DNA of 64,000 bases from Pelomyxa schiedti. Its lineage: Eukaryota > Protista > Evosea. The translations under genes were made by a program, and so were the position numbers. Location: NCBI GenBank assembly GCA_020536535.1, contig JAHLWZ010000794.1, positions 1-64,000 on the forward strand. Reading direction: 5' to 3'. This document shows, one piece after another, positions 10,378-21,300 of the stretch. The notes under the pieces were generated by a model. It was not told the DNA's origin, did not search any database, and worked only from the letters and a program-made list of their open reading frames with translations. Position 1 is the first letter of the stretch. Every line of letters starts with the position of its first letter.

Positions 10378-13300
10378 ATGAAGGTGGTGTTTGTGGTTGA
10401 CACGAGTGGGAGTATGAACCAGAGGACCCACAACAATGTTAGTCTGCTAGATCTGGCCAAGGCAGCTATCGAGCAGTTGGTCACGCGGCTCATGCCACTG
10501 CGTATTGAGAGGTTTCTGCTCGTAACTTGTGACGACAATCCTGTAGCCGCAGTGAAGGTTGTTTTGGTTTTTTTGGTTTTTATTCAGTTTGCTTCTTTTT
10601 GTGTTGAGTTTTCATATATGTGGGTGCTGTTATCTTTGTGGCGCATGTAACATTTGTCAGGCAGGGTGGAGTGAATCGTATTCCACATTTGTGCAGGAAA
10701 TGAAGAACTTGAAGGCAACTGACTTGGGAAACCTGGGGGCTTCATTAAGAAACGCATTTAAACTGGCCAATCTGTTTAGGCTCCAGACGGGAATTGACTC
10801 TTATTGTATGGTGTGGAGGAGGAGAAATGATTAAAATTACCACCCACTACGAATAACATGACATGTTTATCCAAAAGGGACGATGCCCTTGGCAGATAGA
10901 CCCAATTATAGTCATTTTGCTTACTGACGGATCTTGTGACATTACTGAACAAGAGGTCGCGTGCCTCGTTTCGTGTTCATGTGATAGTGGTGCAAATTAT
11001 AATGTCCCCTGCAGTTGTTGGATGCACCGCCACCTGGAGGAGCGGGCTTAACAGAAGAGCCGTTCAGGTTGCCCTACCACCCTCTTTGTCTTTCTTATAC
11101 TCTCCAAGATGGGACCAGCGTTTATTTTCAGTTCTATTGAGATTTCCTGGGGGTACTTCTCAGGATACCAGTGTTCCACATGATGACACTCTGTACCAAA
11201 AAGTTCATCAAAATTTGACCAAGATTTGTGAACTGGCTGGAGGTTTATCTACCCTCTCACTCTGTCCTTTTTTTTGTTTTGTTTTGTTTTGCTTTTCCTC
11301 AAGGAAGAAAACTCAAGACTTCTACCATGCAGGCAAGTGCTATACACCTCACAACATGAAGTCACTGATAGGGGCTTTGGATAATATTACGAATATAATA
11401 CAGTACACTGGCGTCCTCGTGAGCTTCGAGTCTTTGAGTAGCTCTCCTACCCCGCCCCCCCCTCCATCCGCGCTTCACAAGATGTTATTTGTCCAGCAGG
11501 GCACACCTGGCTTTTGGCCCATACCCGAGAGCTTTTTTGTTGACTCGAAGATGTCCATCATCGTATCATACTTCATATAAGAGTTGTTCTAATACTTGGT
11601 TCCAACGCACAGCCCCGCAGGCCTGCACATCCTGTCATTCATTTCGCCCCCAGTGAATCTGGGCAATCAAATTTCCCCAACATTCCATATGATAAGTATG
11701 AAATTGAGGCCTCTGAATTGACGCAGTACCTTCTGAACCACCGTTCCATGTGCTGGCAGGTTTGCATTCCAAATTTTTCAAGTTGAAGAAAATTATTAAG
11801 GAAACTAACTTTAAGAATTTTTCAATTTACTATTCATATATTTTCTTCTACCCAACAAGGTATTTGTGAAAAATTCGGGGAAATCCAGTACAACAAAAGA
11901 ACCTTTTGGGTTTATTCAAGCAAGCAATGACAACAAAGTATTTTTAGTTGTAACTGCATATTACTACACCAAATTTGGTTGGTTTCGTTCCTCCCTGTTT
12001 TTTTCACTGTCTCATTGTTCATCATTAGAGGAACTCATGACAGCATACAAGATGGGGATCCCGATGCAATGGAGGCACCAGTTCGAAACCTACTTGCAAT
12101 CTGTACCCTCGTACTATATCCCCTTTCTGAAAACTGGTTAGTGGTTCCTTTTTGGTGTGAAATTTGTAGTGTTCATTGGGGAAAAAAGCAATAAAACGGC
12201 TGGGACTTCCACCAGTTATCCCTGACCATGTAGATGGAGCCTTGAACCCCAATGTAACCAAGTGCCTCAAAATAATGAAAGTATGTCATAATCATAAGAT
12301 CAAAACTGTATTTTGCTCACCCTAACCTTTCTCGGGCAGACTACAGCAGAAGAGGAAATGGTAAATTTCCGAAAGCAAAAAGAAATCATCAATTCACAAA
12401 GGAGGTAGAATCCACCCAACACCCTTAATTTTCCCCTTACCGCGGAGATAGTTTTGAAATGGGATCATCTGACTCCACACAATCTTTCCACAATGCATTC
12501 TATATAAGCAGGCAATCTTTACTCTCCTCCATAGAACATCTTCAGGATAAACTATTTGGCAAACCTTCGGTTCGCGATGGTGTGTTTCATACAAAATTTC
12601 CAGCAGTCTTGACCCTTTATACAGTAAGTAAACACAGGGTATCAATCGAGCAAATGGGCAACTACCAAGAAGTACTTCAGCACAGGGAGGTTTTAAGACC
12701 AATTGATGACGAAGCAGAGAGAAGAAACAGGAAACCATTTTTTGGTAATCCTTATAGAGTTTCCAGCAAGGTTGTTGTAAGCTTTTGTAATCCTCTCATT
12801 TTTGAAAAGCAAATTGTGGATGAAGCTGATGTTGACCAATCGAATACAAATGCAAGTTTCCCTCGCAAAATGGCAGGGAAAAAGAGATATAAACCACCCA
12901 CCAGGACACTTTCACTCTCGTATGTAACCTGTTGAAACATTACGAATCATGTGACTAATTTATTTACACTTTATTAGGCCAGTAAGTAAGATACCAAAGG
13001 TGCCATCGTCACTCCAACCAAAACTCAATCCTAAACAACAAACAAACACACCTGAGCTTATCCCAATGCAAGAGCAAGTTCCACCACGAATAGCACAGCA
13101 GCTGCCACCCCTTCTGCAACCGCAACAGATAACCACCACTGAAAACACGGCGCCCAAGCCACCTGAACCCCTCTCTCCCAAGCCCAAAACATTGAACCCT
13201 CATTCCACTATCCTCAAAGAGCTCCGGAGACCTTCCAAAAGTGTGTAGGTTTTCTTCCTGTATCATTTAACTTCTCACAGAGTATGACTTGCTCTTTGAA

Positions 13301-13441
13301 GTGTTAAAGGAAATGCACGCAGCGGGCTCACTCACACAGGCATTCCTTGATGATGTGATCACACAGGCACAACTCCTCAACAAAACATCCCTTCTCCCCA
13401 GCCTCAAAAATTTTGCCTCCACATGCAATCACTTAACTTAG
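10378..13441 (+). CDS. INTS6: Integrator complex subunit 6
   Basis: VFVVDTSGSMNQRT...LLDLAKAAIE, AGW, GRCP, ILLTDG, EPFRWDQRLF, GFWPIPESF, YDKYEIE, SIEQMGNYQE and FGNPY are all INTS6 motifs. Confidence 0.93.
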
Positions 13442-13565
13442 ACACTTTATCTTTTCACGTGACAACTTGAATTTAGAGAAATTGTTCTGTAGTTTTTGAT
13501 GGTTAGAAAATCCAGCAACACCCACGAAAAACAGAGTAAAAAGGTGTAGTGGTAGAGGTTGATGT

Positions 13566-14537
13566 TTAGAAAAGTGTAGTGGTCGAGGTTGAAGAGGTTG
13601 TGTTGGTGGTTGCTGGAACGTTCACAAGGGAATGAGTGTTGGCAAAGTCGTTGTGGAAATCGTGGTAGTTGAGAACCTCCATGTGGATCTCTATGGGAGT
13701 TGTTGAAGTGTTGATGCTGAGTATCTTGTAAACGTTGTAGCACGAGAGCAGCACCTCGTTCTCGTTTGGATACTTGGTCCATTCTGGCTGAATTAAGATT
13801 GCGAAACCAACTCCCAAATGCATGTGGAAGTGAATGACGGTGTTCTTACCCCCAAAGGGGGCTGTCGTGGAGGCAGAGGTGAAACTGGGGATGTAGAACT
13901 CCTTGTTTCCCATGTCAATGTAGGCTTGAACCTCCATTTTTGTTAAAGAAACACCCCTCTGAACCACACCCTCGTAGCCCTTCCCGTACTTCCCAATGAC
14001 GTATTTGAGGTCCCTGATGTACTTGTGGTGCTCTGTGAGTGCCTCCAGACTGTCAGATGCAAGTGACAGGTTCACCTTAGTGCAGAACCAGCCTGGCCCT
14101 GACGTGTAAGCCCATATAGTATCTTGAATATCAGGTGCATACTTCAGCAGACCAGTACAGAGATTTACGTAATTGGTCCCTTTTGTGCGAAGTGGAAAGA
14201 AGGAAACCTTGCTCCCAACGGAGGAAAATACAATCTCACCACTGGATGTAGTGTCTGTGGAGACACTGGGGGCTACTGACTTCCATAGCGGGCTTTTTGT
14301 TTCCCAGCCTCCCCCTCTATTACATAGCACCATGTGCATAGTGGTATCATCGTCCACACCGATGTCAGTCATTGTGCGATCATCCCGCAGCGTGGCACCT
14401 GCAAAAATAATTCTCTGGAGATCTGGTGGAATGCCGGTTGTGTCTTGTATTTTCTGCTTTAGATTCTCAACTGTATCCAATGGCTCCACACGTAAGGCGA
14501 TTGTCATCCCGGTCAAGGTTTATATGAAAAGTTGCAT
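13566..14537 (-). CDS. Ubiquitin-like domain fused to R-S-E (ARTC-type) mono-ADP-ribosyltransferase; in-frame TAA at 14520-14522
   Basis: [14 protein letters not shown]...[13 protein letters not shown]...CNRGG is followed by the ART motifs VQRG, FTSAS and ENEVLL. This part has no introns. Confidence 0.8.
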
Positions 14538-14616
14538 TCCGCCACACCTACATATTAATTATTCTTTTTTTGACTCAAAAAAGGGGGAATTGTATGGAGT
14601 GGGCAACAATTGTTAC

Positions 14617-14833
14617 ATGTAGGCACTTCCAGAACGCTTTCATTCTTGATCTGGTAAAACGCTAGTGTTTTGATGGGTTGGAGGGGCCTGGCGTGATAAA
14701 AGAACCAGGGATGTCTCCAGCGGTCACTTGTGGGCCGGCACTTGAGCAACAAGCTGGCGACGGTGTCTGTCTCAAGCACCAACACCCGTAGTAGCGTGGT
14801 GTCTGGCAAACGGATGACAATATGGAAGCTCAT
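14617..14833 (-). CDS. Upstream divergent ubiquitin-like exon (probably same locus as the Ub-ART gene)
   Basis: MSFHIVIRLPDTTLLRVLVLETDTVASL...LQPIKTLAFYQIKNESVLEV, then a GT-AG intron at 14616-14548 and CGG immediately before MQLFI. Confidence 0.6.
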
Positions 14834-15087
14834 GCGCAGGGGGTCCTGGTAGAAACAAGTTAGCAAATTGTAATTGGTTACAGGGAACCAACCATAAGAA
14901 AGTTGCCATGGAATTTCGTGGGAAACAGCAGGAGATCATCTGTGTCTGAAGGAATGCAGGAGAGCGCATCGATCATAGTAGTTACCTTCTCATTCATACA
15001 ACAACATTGCTACGCGCTGTTTGGCGTTGGCCATTCCAGTGGTCGTTCTCCCCCTCGGCCCTTTATTATTCTCCTATCAGTTCCGCG

Positions 15088-17871
15088 ATGCAGTCGGCAC
15101 CAGGGCAGCCGCACCCAATGGGGGCCACGATCCTGCCAATGGACAGCAATGCCACCGATCTCGTCGTCAACTTCGCCTTGTTGACTGACGGCGCCCCGAC
15201 TGCCGTAGTTCTATGTGTACGTGCGTTGACGTCTCCCACACCCCCCACACGCCCGCCCCCCCTTTTGCATTTCGTTTCGAGTCTCACCGCCCCCTCCTCC
15301 CATGTTGCTGCTGGCTTCCATTGCCGCGGCGTTTTGAATGCATGCAGCTGTATCTTGACGCCTCGGTAAGCAGAGACCCAGATGCCACGATCCCAATGGA
15401 GCGGACCGGGGACGTATGGCACGTTCTGGTTAGAAACGTGCCCCCGTTCGCTTGTTACGCTTACGGTGTGTCGCGTGTCATTACCGCTGGCGGGCGGCCC
15501 ACTCCGAGGACTTTTTATGTGGCGGACCCTTATTCTAGACAATTGGGTACCAGGAGCAAATGGGGAGTCGTGAGCAAGGGTGACCCCACTGTGCAATGCT
15601 CTGTGATTCTATTCGATCCTCACTTTGAGTGGTTAGTACCAGTTATCATTCACTATCACTTTTTCCAGTGTCACTACTTGTGGGGATGGGAGGCATTATA
15701 GGAATTATGGGAATGAATTGGAGGGAAAAATGAATGAGTGGTGGCTTTGGTTCATCTCAAGTTATTGTAGGAATGGTGATCGGCCATGTGTGAAAAGAAG
15801 GGCCTCTCCTTATTCTTGCATATATGAACTTCATGTTCGTGGATTCACTGTGCATCCATCTTCAGGTGCTGCAAGTCCTGGGTCATTTCTTGGCGTTGTG
15901 GAAAAAATTCCTCACCTTCTACAACTTGGTGAGCGTTGAAGGCTATTCCTCTTTTGAACTCACTCTAAGGATAAGGTGTTACAATGGTTGAACTCCTACC
16001 CATTTTTGAGTTCAACGAGCTGGCACATCGCAATTCTCCTCGTCTTGTCAATTACTGGGGATATGCTCCCGAATTTTTCTTTGCCCCGATGGGGAGATAT
16101 GGAAATGCAACAGACTTTAAGATTATGGTCAGGGAACTCCACAAGCACGGAATTGATGTCATTCTGGATGTGCACCCTCCTTGCATCTTTCTTTTACTAA
16201 TAATTTATAATCCTAGGTTGTGTTCAATCACACTGGAGGAATTTGTCTAGAGGTTTTTATCCACCTAAATGGGATACATTAGCTCCCATTTAGATGGAGT
16301 TGTATCAACGCAATAACTGCAGGCAATTGGGAGAAATATATACTACATCATTGCCAATGGCAAGCATACCAACTACTCTGGTTGTGGGAATACACTCTGC
16401 TGCGCCTCTCCCGCTGCTTCCTTTTTAATTGCGGACTGTTTGCGTTACTGGGTAGAAGAAATGCATGTGGATGGGTTCCGGTTTGATGAAGTAACAACAA
16501 AACCCAACTCTTTCTCAGTTCTCAAATGAATTTCAGGCACCAATCTTGCTGCGGACTGAGACAGGTGCTTTAGCCGATGGGTCCCCCTTGTTACAAGCAA
16601 TGGCTGAGGATCCAGTACTGAATTCTTGTCGTTTCATTTCAGAATCATGGGTATTCTGCTTCCTTCCCCAGCAACATGCACGGCCCCAAAACATTTATGT
16701 CAATCTACTAGGATGCTGGCGGTGCTTATACTCTGGGCAATTTTGCTGCAAAATATGGGTGGAGTGAGTGGAATGGCAAGTTCAGAGATACTGTGAGGTC
16801 TTTTGTGAAAGGTAGGGAAAAAAAAAACTTCAGGGACAATATCATGACAGTTTATTGCAGGAACGGATGGCTTCGCAGGTATTTTTGCCAGCTGCATTTG
16901 TGGGTCATCTGAGGTCTATGGGAAGAATTCGTCACCAACGAAGTCAATAAACTTCATTACATGTCATGATGGCTTTTCTTTATACGATTTAGTTTCATAC
17001 AATTCCAAGCACAATGAAGTATGGATTTTACTTCAACCTCTTAACTCTGATTCAAATTTTAGGCAAATAATGAAGGCAACAGAGATGGAATTGATAACAA
17101 CCTTAGTTGGAACTGCGGTTCTGAAGGAGGCACTGAGGATCCTCATATACTCACCCTTCGCCAAAAGCAGATGAGAAATATGATACTAGCCTTAGTTGTT
17201 TCACGTGGAACCCCGATGATTTTAATGGTTTTTTGTTGTACAAGGTTTGCTTCATATTTTGACACAACAACCAGGGTGATGAATACGGTCACACTAAACA
17301 AGGCAACAACAACGCATGGTGCCAGGATTCTGCACTCAACTGGTTTCATTGGAATAGTCTCGCAGTTGACACCTATGGATTGGCACGATTTACATCTCTT
17401 TGTCTTCGATTTCGCTCAAATCATCATCTACTATGTGCAGAAAAGTTTGTGGGCTCTGCAGGTTATAATAATAATAATTGCCTTACTTACTATACCCTAA
17501 AGATATTGAGTGGCATGGTACAACTCCAAACAATCCCGATTGGTCTCCAACTTCACGGCTGGTTGCCTTTACTTTGAAGGATGTTGCTAATTCCGTTTAC
17601 ATCTTTGTTGCATTCAATGCTTATTGGACTCCAAAAGGTTTGATAACGAACAACAAAGTATAAAAGCCAATCACCACAAAAAGATGTTGAGCTCCCTCAC
17701 CCTGACAAAGTCTGGCTGTCAGTAATAAATACTGCACAAGCACCTCCCAATGACTTTTGTGAGGAAAATCCACCACCAGCACCAATCCGGTGTGTGGCAC
17801 ATGGGCCAAATACTAGCAGTGTTTTGACAATGGAACCATATTCCTCAATGCTTCTTATTGCCGCCATGTGA
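15088..17871 (+). CDS. Isoamylase / GlgX-type glycogen debranching enzyme (CBM48 + GH13)
   Basis: [88 protein letters not shown]. Confidence 0.95.
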
Positions 17872-17930
17872 AAGGTTTCTTTGTACACAATCACTGGGAG
17901 CCATACTGAACAACAAACCAAGCAAAAAAA

Positions 17931-18206
17931 CCCAACAACCTTTCCCCTACTGTAAAGAAGCAACTGAAACACATTTGAGAATTTTGCTGTGAACTGTGAG
18001 GACAAACTTTTGCTCCCATTACTTTCAACAGCATACCCACACAGAGTAACTGTGAGAACGGGGGAGCCAACTGAATTGATCCTTCCCGTGTTTTCTTATG
18101 GTGCCCTTTTTGGATGGTAATTATTATGGGACGGGCCACTACTAACTTGGTTCGGAAATTCTCGATGAATGCCAGGCACCGCTGAAGTTCTGCACACAGT
18201 GAAAAC
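17931..18206 (-). ncRNA. Candidate structured ncRNA of unknown family
   Basis: Same upstream element as the SRP gene at the same distance. 5'/3' complementarity (ACTGT/ACAGT, AGAA/TTCT, GAGAATTT/AAATTCTC, GAAC/GTTC), an inner GCTCCC/GGGAGC stem, and a T7 run at the 3' end. Lies between two convergent genes. Confidence 0.5.
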
Positions 18207-18262
18207 TCATTACACGTTAAAACAAATGCCGGTTCAACGCCGGAGCGACAGCCCATGAGTAA

Positions 18263-18280
18263 TTATGGGGGTGGGTTTTG
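18263..18280 (-). promoter_or_regulatory. Upstream ncRNA promoter element (DUSE-like)
   Basis: The - strand reads CAAAACCCACCCCCATAA, matching 5951-5970. Confidence 0.55.
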
Positions 18281-18308
18281 TGTTTTTCTGGTACTTGTGG
18301 TACAGGAT

Positions 18309-21300
18309 TTAGGAGGATGCTAGAGCCAGGAATTTGGATTCTTGGGCTGAATTGCCAATGGCGGAGTAAAAGGCAGCAACATTCCGGCATGCACGAGAAG
18401 CATCGGGATGGCCATTGGGGAATAACTTCTGATAAACTGTAACCATCTCCTGGTACATGAATTCCGCCTCACTGATCTGGTTATTGCGGTAGCACAATAC
18501 TGCCATATCATTTAAGGTGAGAGCAATGTCTGGGTGCACCTTTGTTTTTTGTTCAAAATGAATTCAATGTGAGGATAGGAAAACCTCGCCGTAGTATTGA
18601 TGCAAAATTGCAAGACTTCGCTTATACAATGGGAGTGTTTCTTCCACAGACCTTGAAGCAAGATGAACATTTTTCTAAGATTAAATTTACACCACACCTT
18701 CCTTGCCTCTGGAACAGGTTGGCGAGTTTGAGCAACGTTTGACATATGTTAGGGTGTGTGGGCCCAAACTTCTTTTCGGTAGTTTCAAGTGCTTCCCGGA
18801 ACATTTTTTCAGCAGCAACGTACTCCCCTTGATCAGTGAGTATTGCCGCAACGTTGTTCCTGGTTTTTTGAATCACAAGAGATGAGATGAAATTTAATGT
18901 ACATAGACTGCGCAGTATCAGGGTGTTCGGCGCCAAGAACCTTGTTTATTTCTTGTCAAGAGTTTTCATTTATGAGAGTGACAAACCTCTCTGCGTATAT
19001 CGAGGCACTGCTTATAGAGTGTAAGGGCAGTTTTAAAATCTCTCATCCTTGCGTGCAAAACCCCATAGTCACTCAGGGATTGGGCAACCTGGGTTTGTTC
19101 AAAAAAGCTACGGAGGTACCATGGCATACTTCAGGATGCTTTATTCCAAACGCTTGTTTCTTTATTTCTAGTGCTCTTTCGAAAAGTGGCTTTGCCTATG
19201 GAAGTCCAAGTCCTTGAGCTTTAGAAAATGAGCAAAAGAGTCACCTGTGAATACTTCCCCTTTTCTACCTGTTGAAAAAAATTGAGAAGGAATACCACGT
19301 AAATATCAGGTTGCACACATAAACCCCAGCCAAGTAAGCGAGTGCATGCGCAACATCGGGATGGGAGTCCCCAAAAATATCTTCATATATATGTACAGCT
19401 CTTTCAAACATCCTTTCTTTGGGTATGGTTTGCATTCAAGATTGGAGCAAAATGTTTTGAGATTGTAAAAATGCCTGCTTCATCATAGCGAGCTTGGGAA
19501 AGGTACAAAGAAGCGAAATTTGAGAGTGTCATGGCCTACGTGTAGATATGAAAGAACTTCGACAAATTGTTTGAACATACAACATCTGGATGATTGGGAC
19601 CATGACACCTCTCTCGAATCTTCAAAGCGGTATCGAAGTGTTCCTCAGCAAGCTGTGGTAGAATTGAGATTTTAGAGGAGATCATGGCTCCAACTTTATC
19701 TTTGCCTTGATCTTGGTAAAGACACCCTAAACCATTGTAGGACATCCCAGTTTCTGGATGGTTTAGTCCAAGTAACTACCAGGAGTTATTCTATCGGCTG
19801 ACACGTGGTGAAGGGTACAACCTTTTTCCTAATAACACATGACCCTGCGTAAAGTGGCTCCGCCTTGTCGTACTGTCCCATCTTTCTGTGGTAAGAAGGT
19901 TAATCACTTCAAAAGAAAAGATCAGAACCGGAATAGAATTGCTAAACTGCACATTGAAGCTGCCACTTCCCGAGATTCTTCTCCATGAAGCTTCTTTCGA
20001 GTTTCTAGAGACTCATTGTACATTGGACATGCCTCTTCATACCTTGCTTGAACCCGATAAAGGTACCCAAGAGCATCTCTGCACTGCTATCAGTATTCCC
20101 ACAACTCAGAGTTGCATTTTTACTGTATATCAGCAATGGCACCCAAGTCACTGCCATGCTTGACAATAGACAGTGCTTTCTTTAGCAGGGTCTCAGCTTC
20201 AGAATAATATGCAAGATCCTGAAGAAATTTTCCGGTTTGACGCAGATTTGCGTGACTGACAGTGGTGGACATCATATTTTGTACAAGAAGGGTGGCGGGC
20301 CTTTCAGCTTGGCACGCACGGAAATATTTATACCTATAAATAACAAGGTTAATGTTGTTATGATATTTACCTTTATAGGACACACAAATCAAATAAATAC
20401 TGGTCGGATGAGAGTATGAAGAATGTTTCAGGTGCAGTAATGAAAAGCGCAAGTTCTCGGAGGTTACTATCTTGGAGGAATTGGTATGGTACCTCTTCAC
20501 ATTTCCTTTCCACAGACTCTTGATTCCTGCCAAATTAAGATCAAATTCGCACACTTACTTTTGAGGAGTGAGTTGGGCACACTGGAAAAATCGGATAAAT
20601 TTAGTTCGCAATTCTCGGCGGGAAGATGGATTGTATCTTGTAGAAACTGCTTGTCGCACAAAGTCGTGTGAAAAATTCAAAAAGCCTAATTGGGGGGGTA
20701 CTCGGTGGAGACGTAGCTCTTGTTCTAACTAACCTGATTGACTAGCGAGGAGATCCGAGAGAGCCAACTGTAGTTCACTCCATAAAACTGGTGGAATATC
20801 CAAAATCGACAAGGCTTCGCTTTCTAAGAGACCCTTCCTGCTAAGCCATATCTTGTTTTTTTTTCAGTCAATTTTTTTGCCTTCATCCTCGTAAACTTAC
20901 AAGAGACATTAATTCTGCGACATATTTGCTATTAACATCAAAATCTAATTCTATTCTAGCAAGCACCTGCACAAAAGTGTAATGATGATTGTGGTTATGT
21001 AGTTTTTACTTGACTGAGAAGATCAGGGATGTTCTCACACTTTAAGCATTGTTCGATTCGTGCACTAAGTGTTTCGTAGGTGCCATGCACTCTTATTTCA
21101 TCCAAGATAGTCCGAAGGAATAGTGGGTTGGAGGATTGAGGTGTTTGAATGAGTCTAAGAGCATGTGAGTGAATACAAGCCGGAGTAGTAACCTCTCAAT
21201 CTGCGATGACGAGAGAGACTTTGAACACTCAGACATATATGCAGTAACCAGTTCGAATCTTGCCTGTTCTTCCAAGGGCTGAACATTAAGTGCGTTCCAT

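Noticed and set aside
14520-14522. Genome-wide TAA reassignment
   Set aside because: TAA terminates conserved genes such as RPL27 at the expected position, and no other in-frame TAA was needed in conserved exons.
18100-18113. AAAAAGGGC resembling the U11 5' end
   Set aside because: It is at the wrong distance from the promoter element and there is no downstream Sm site.
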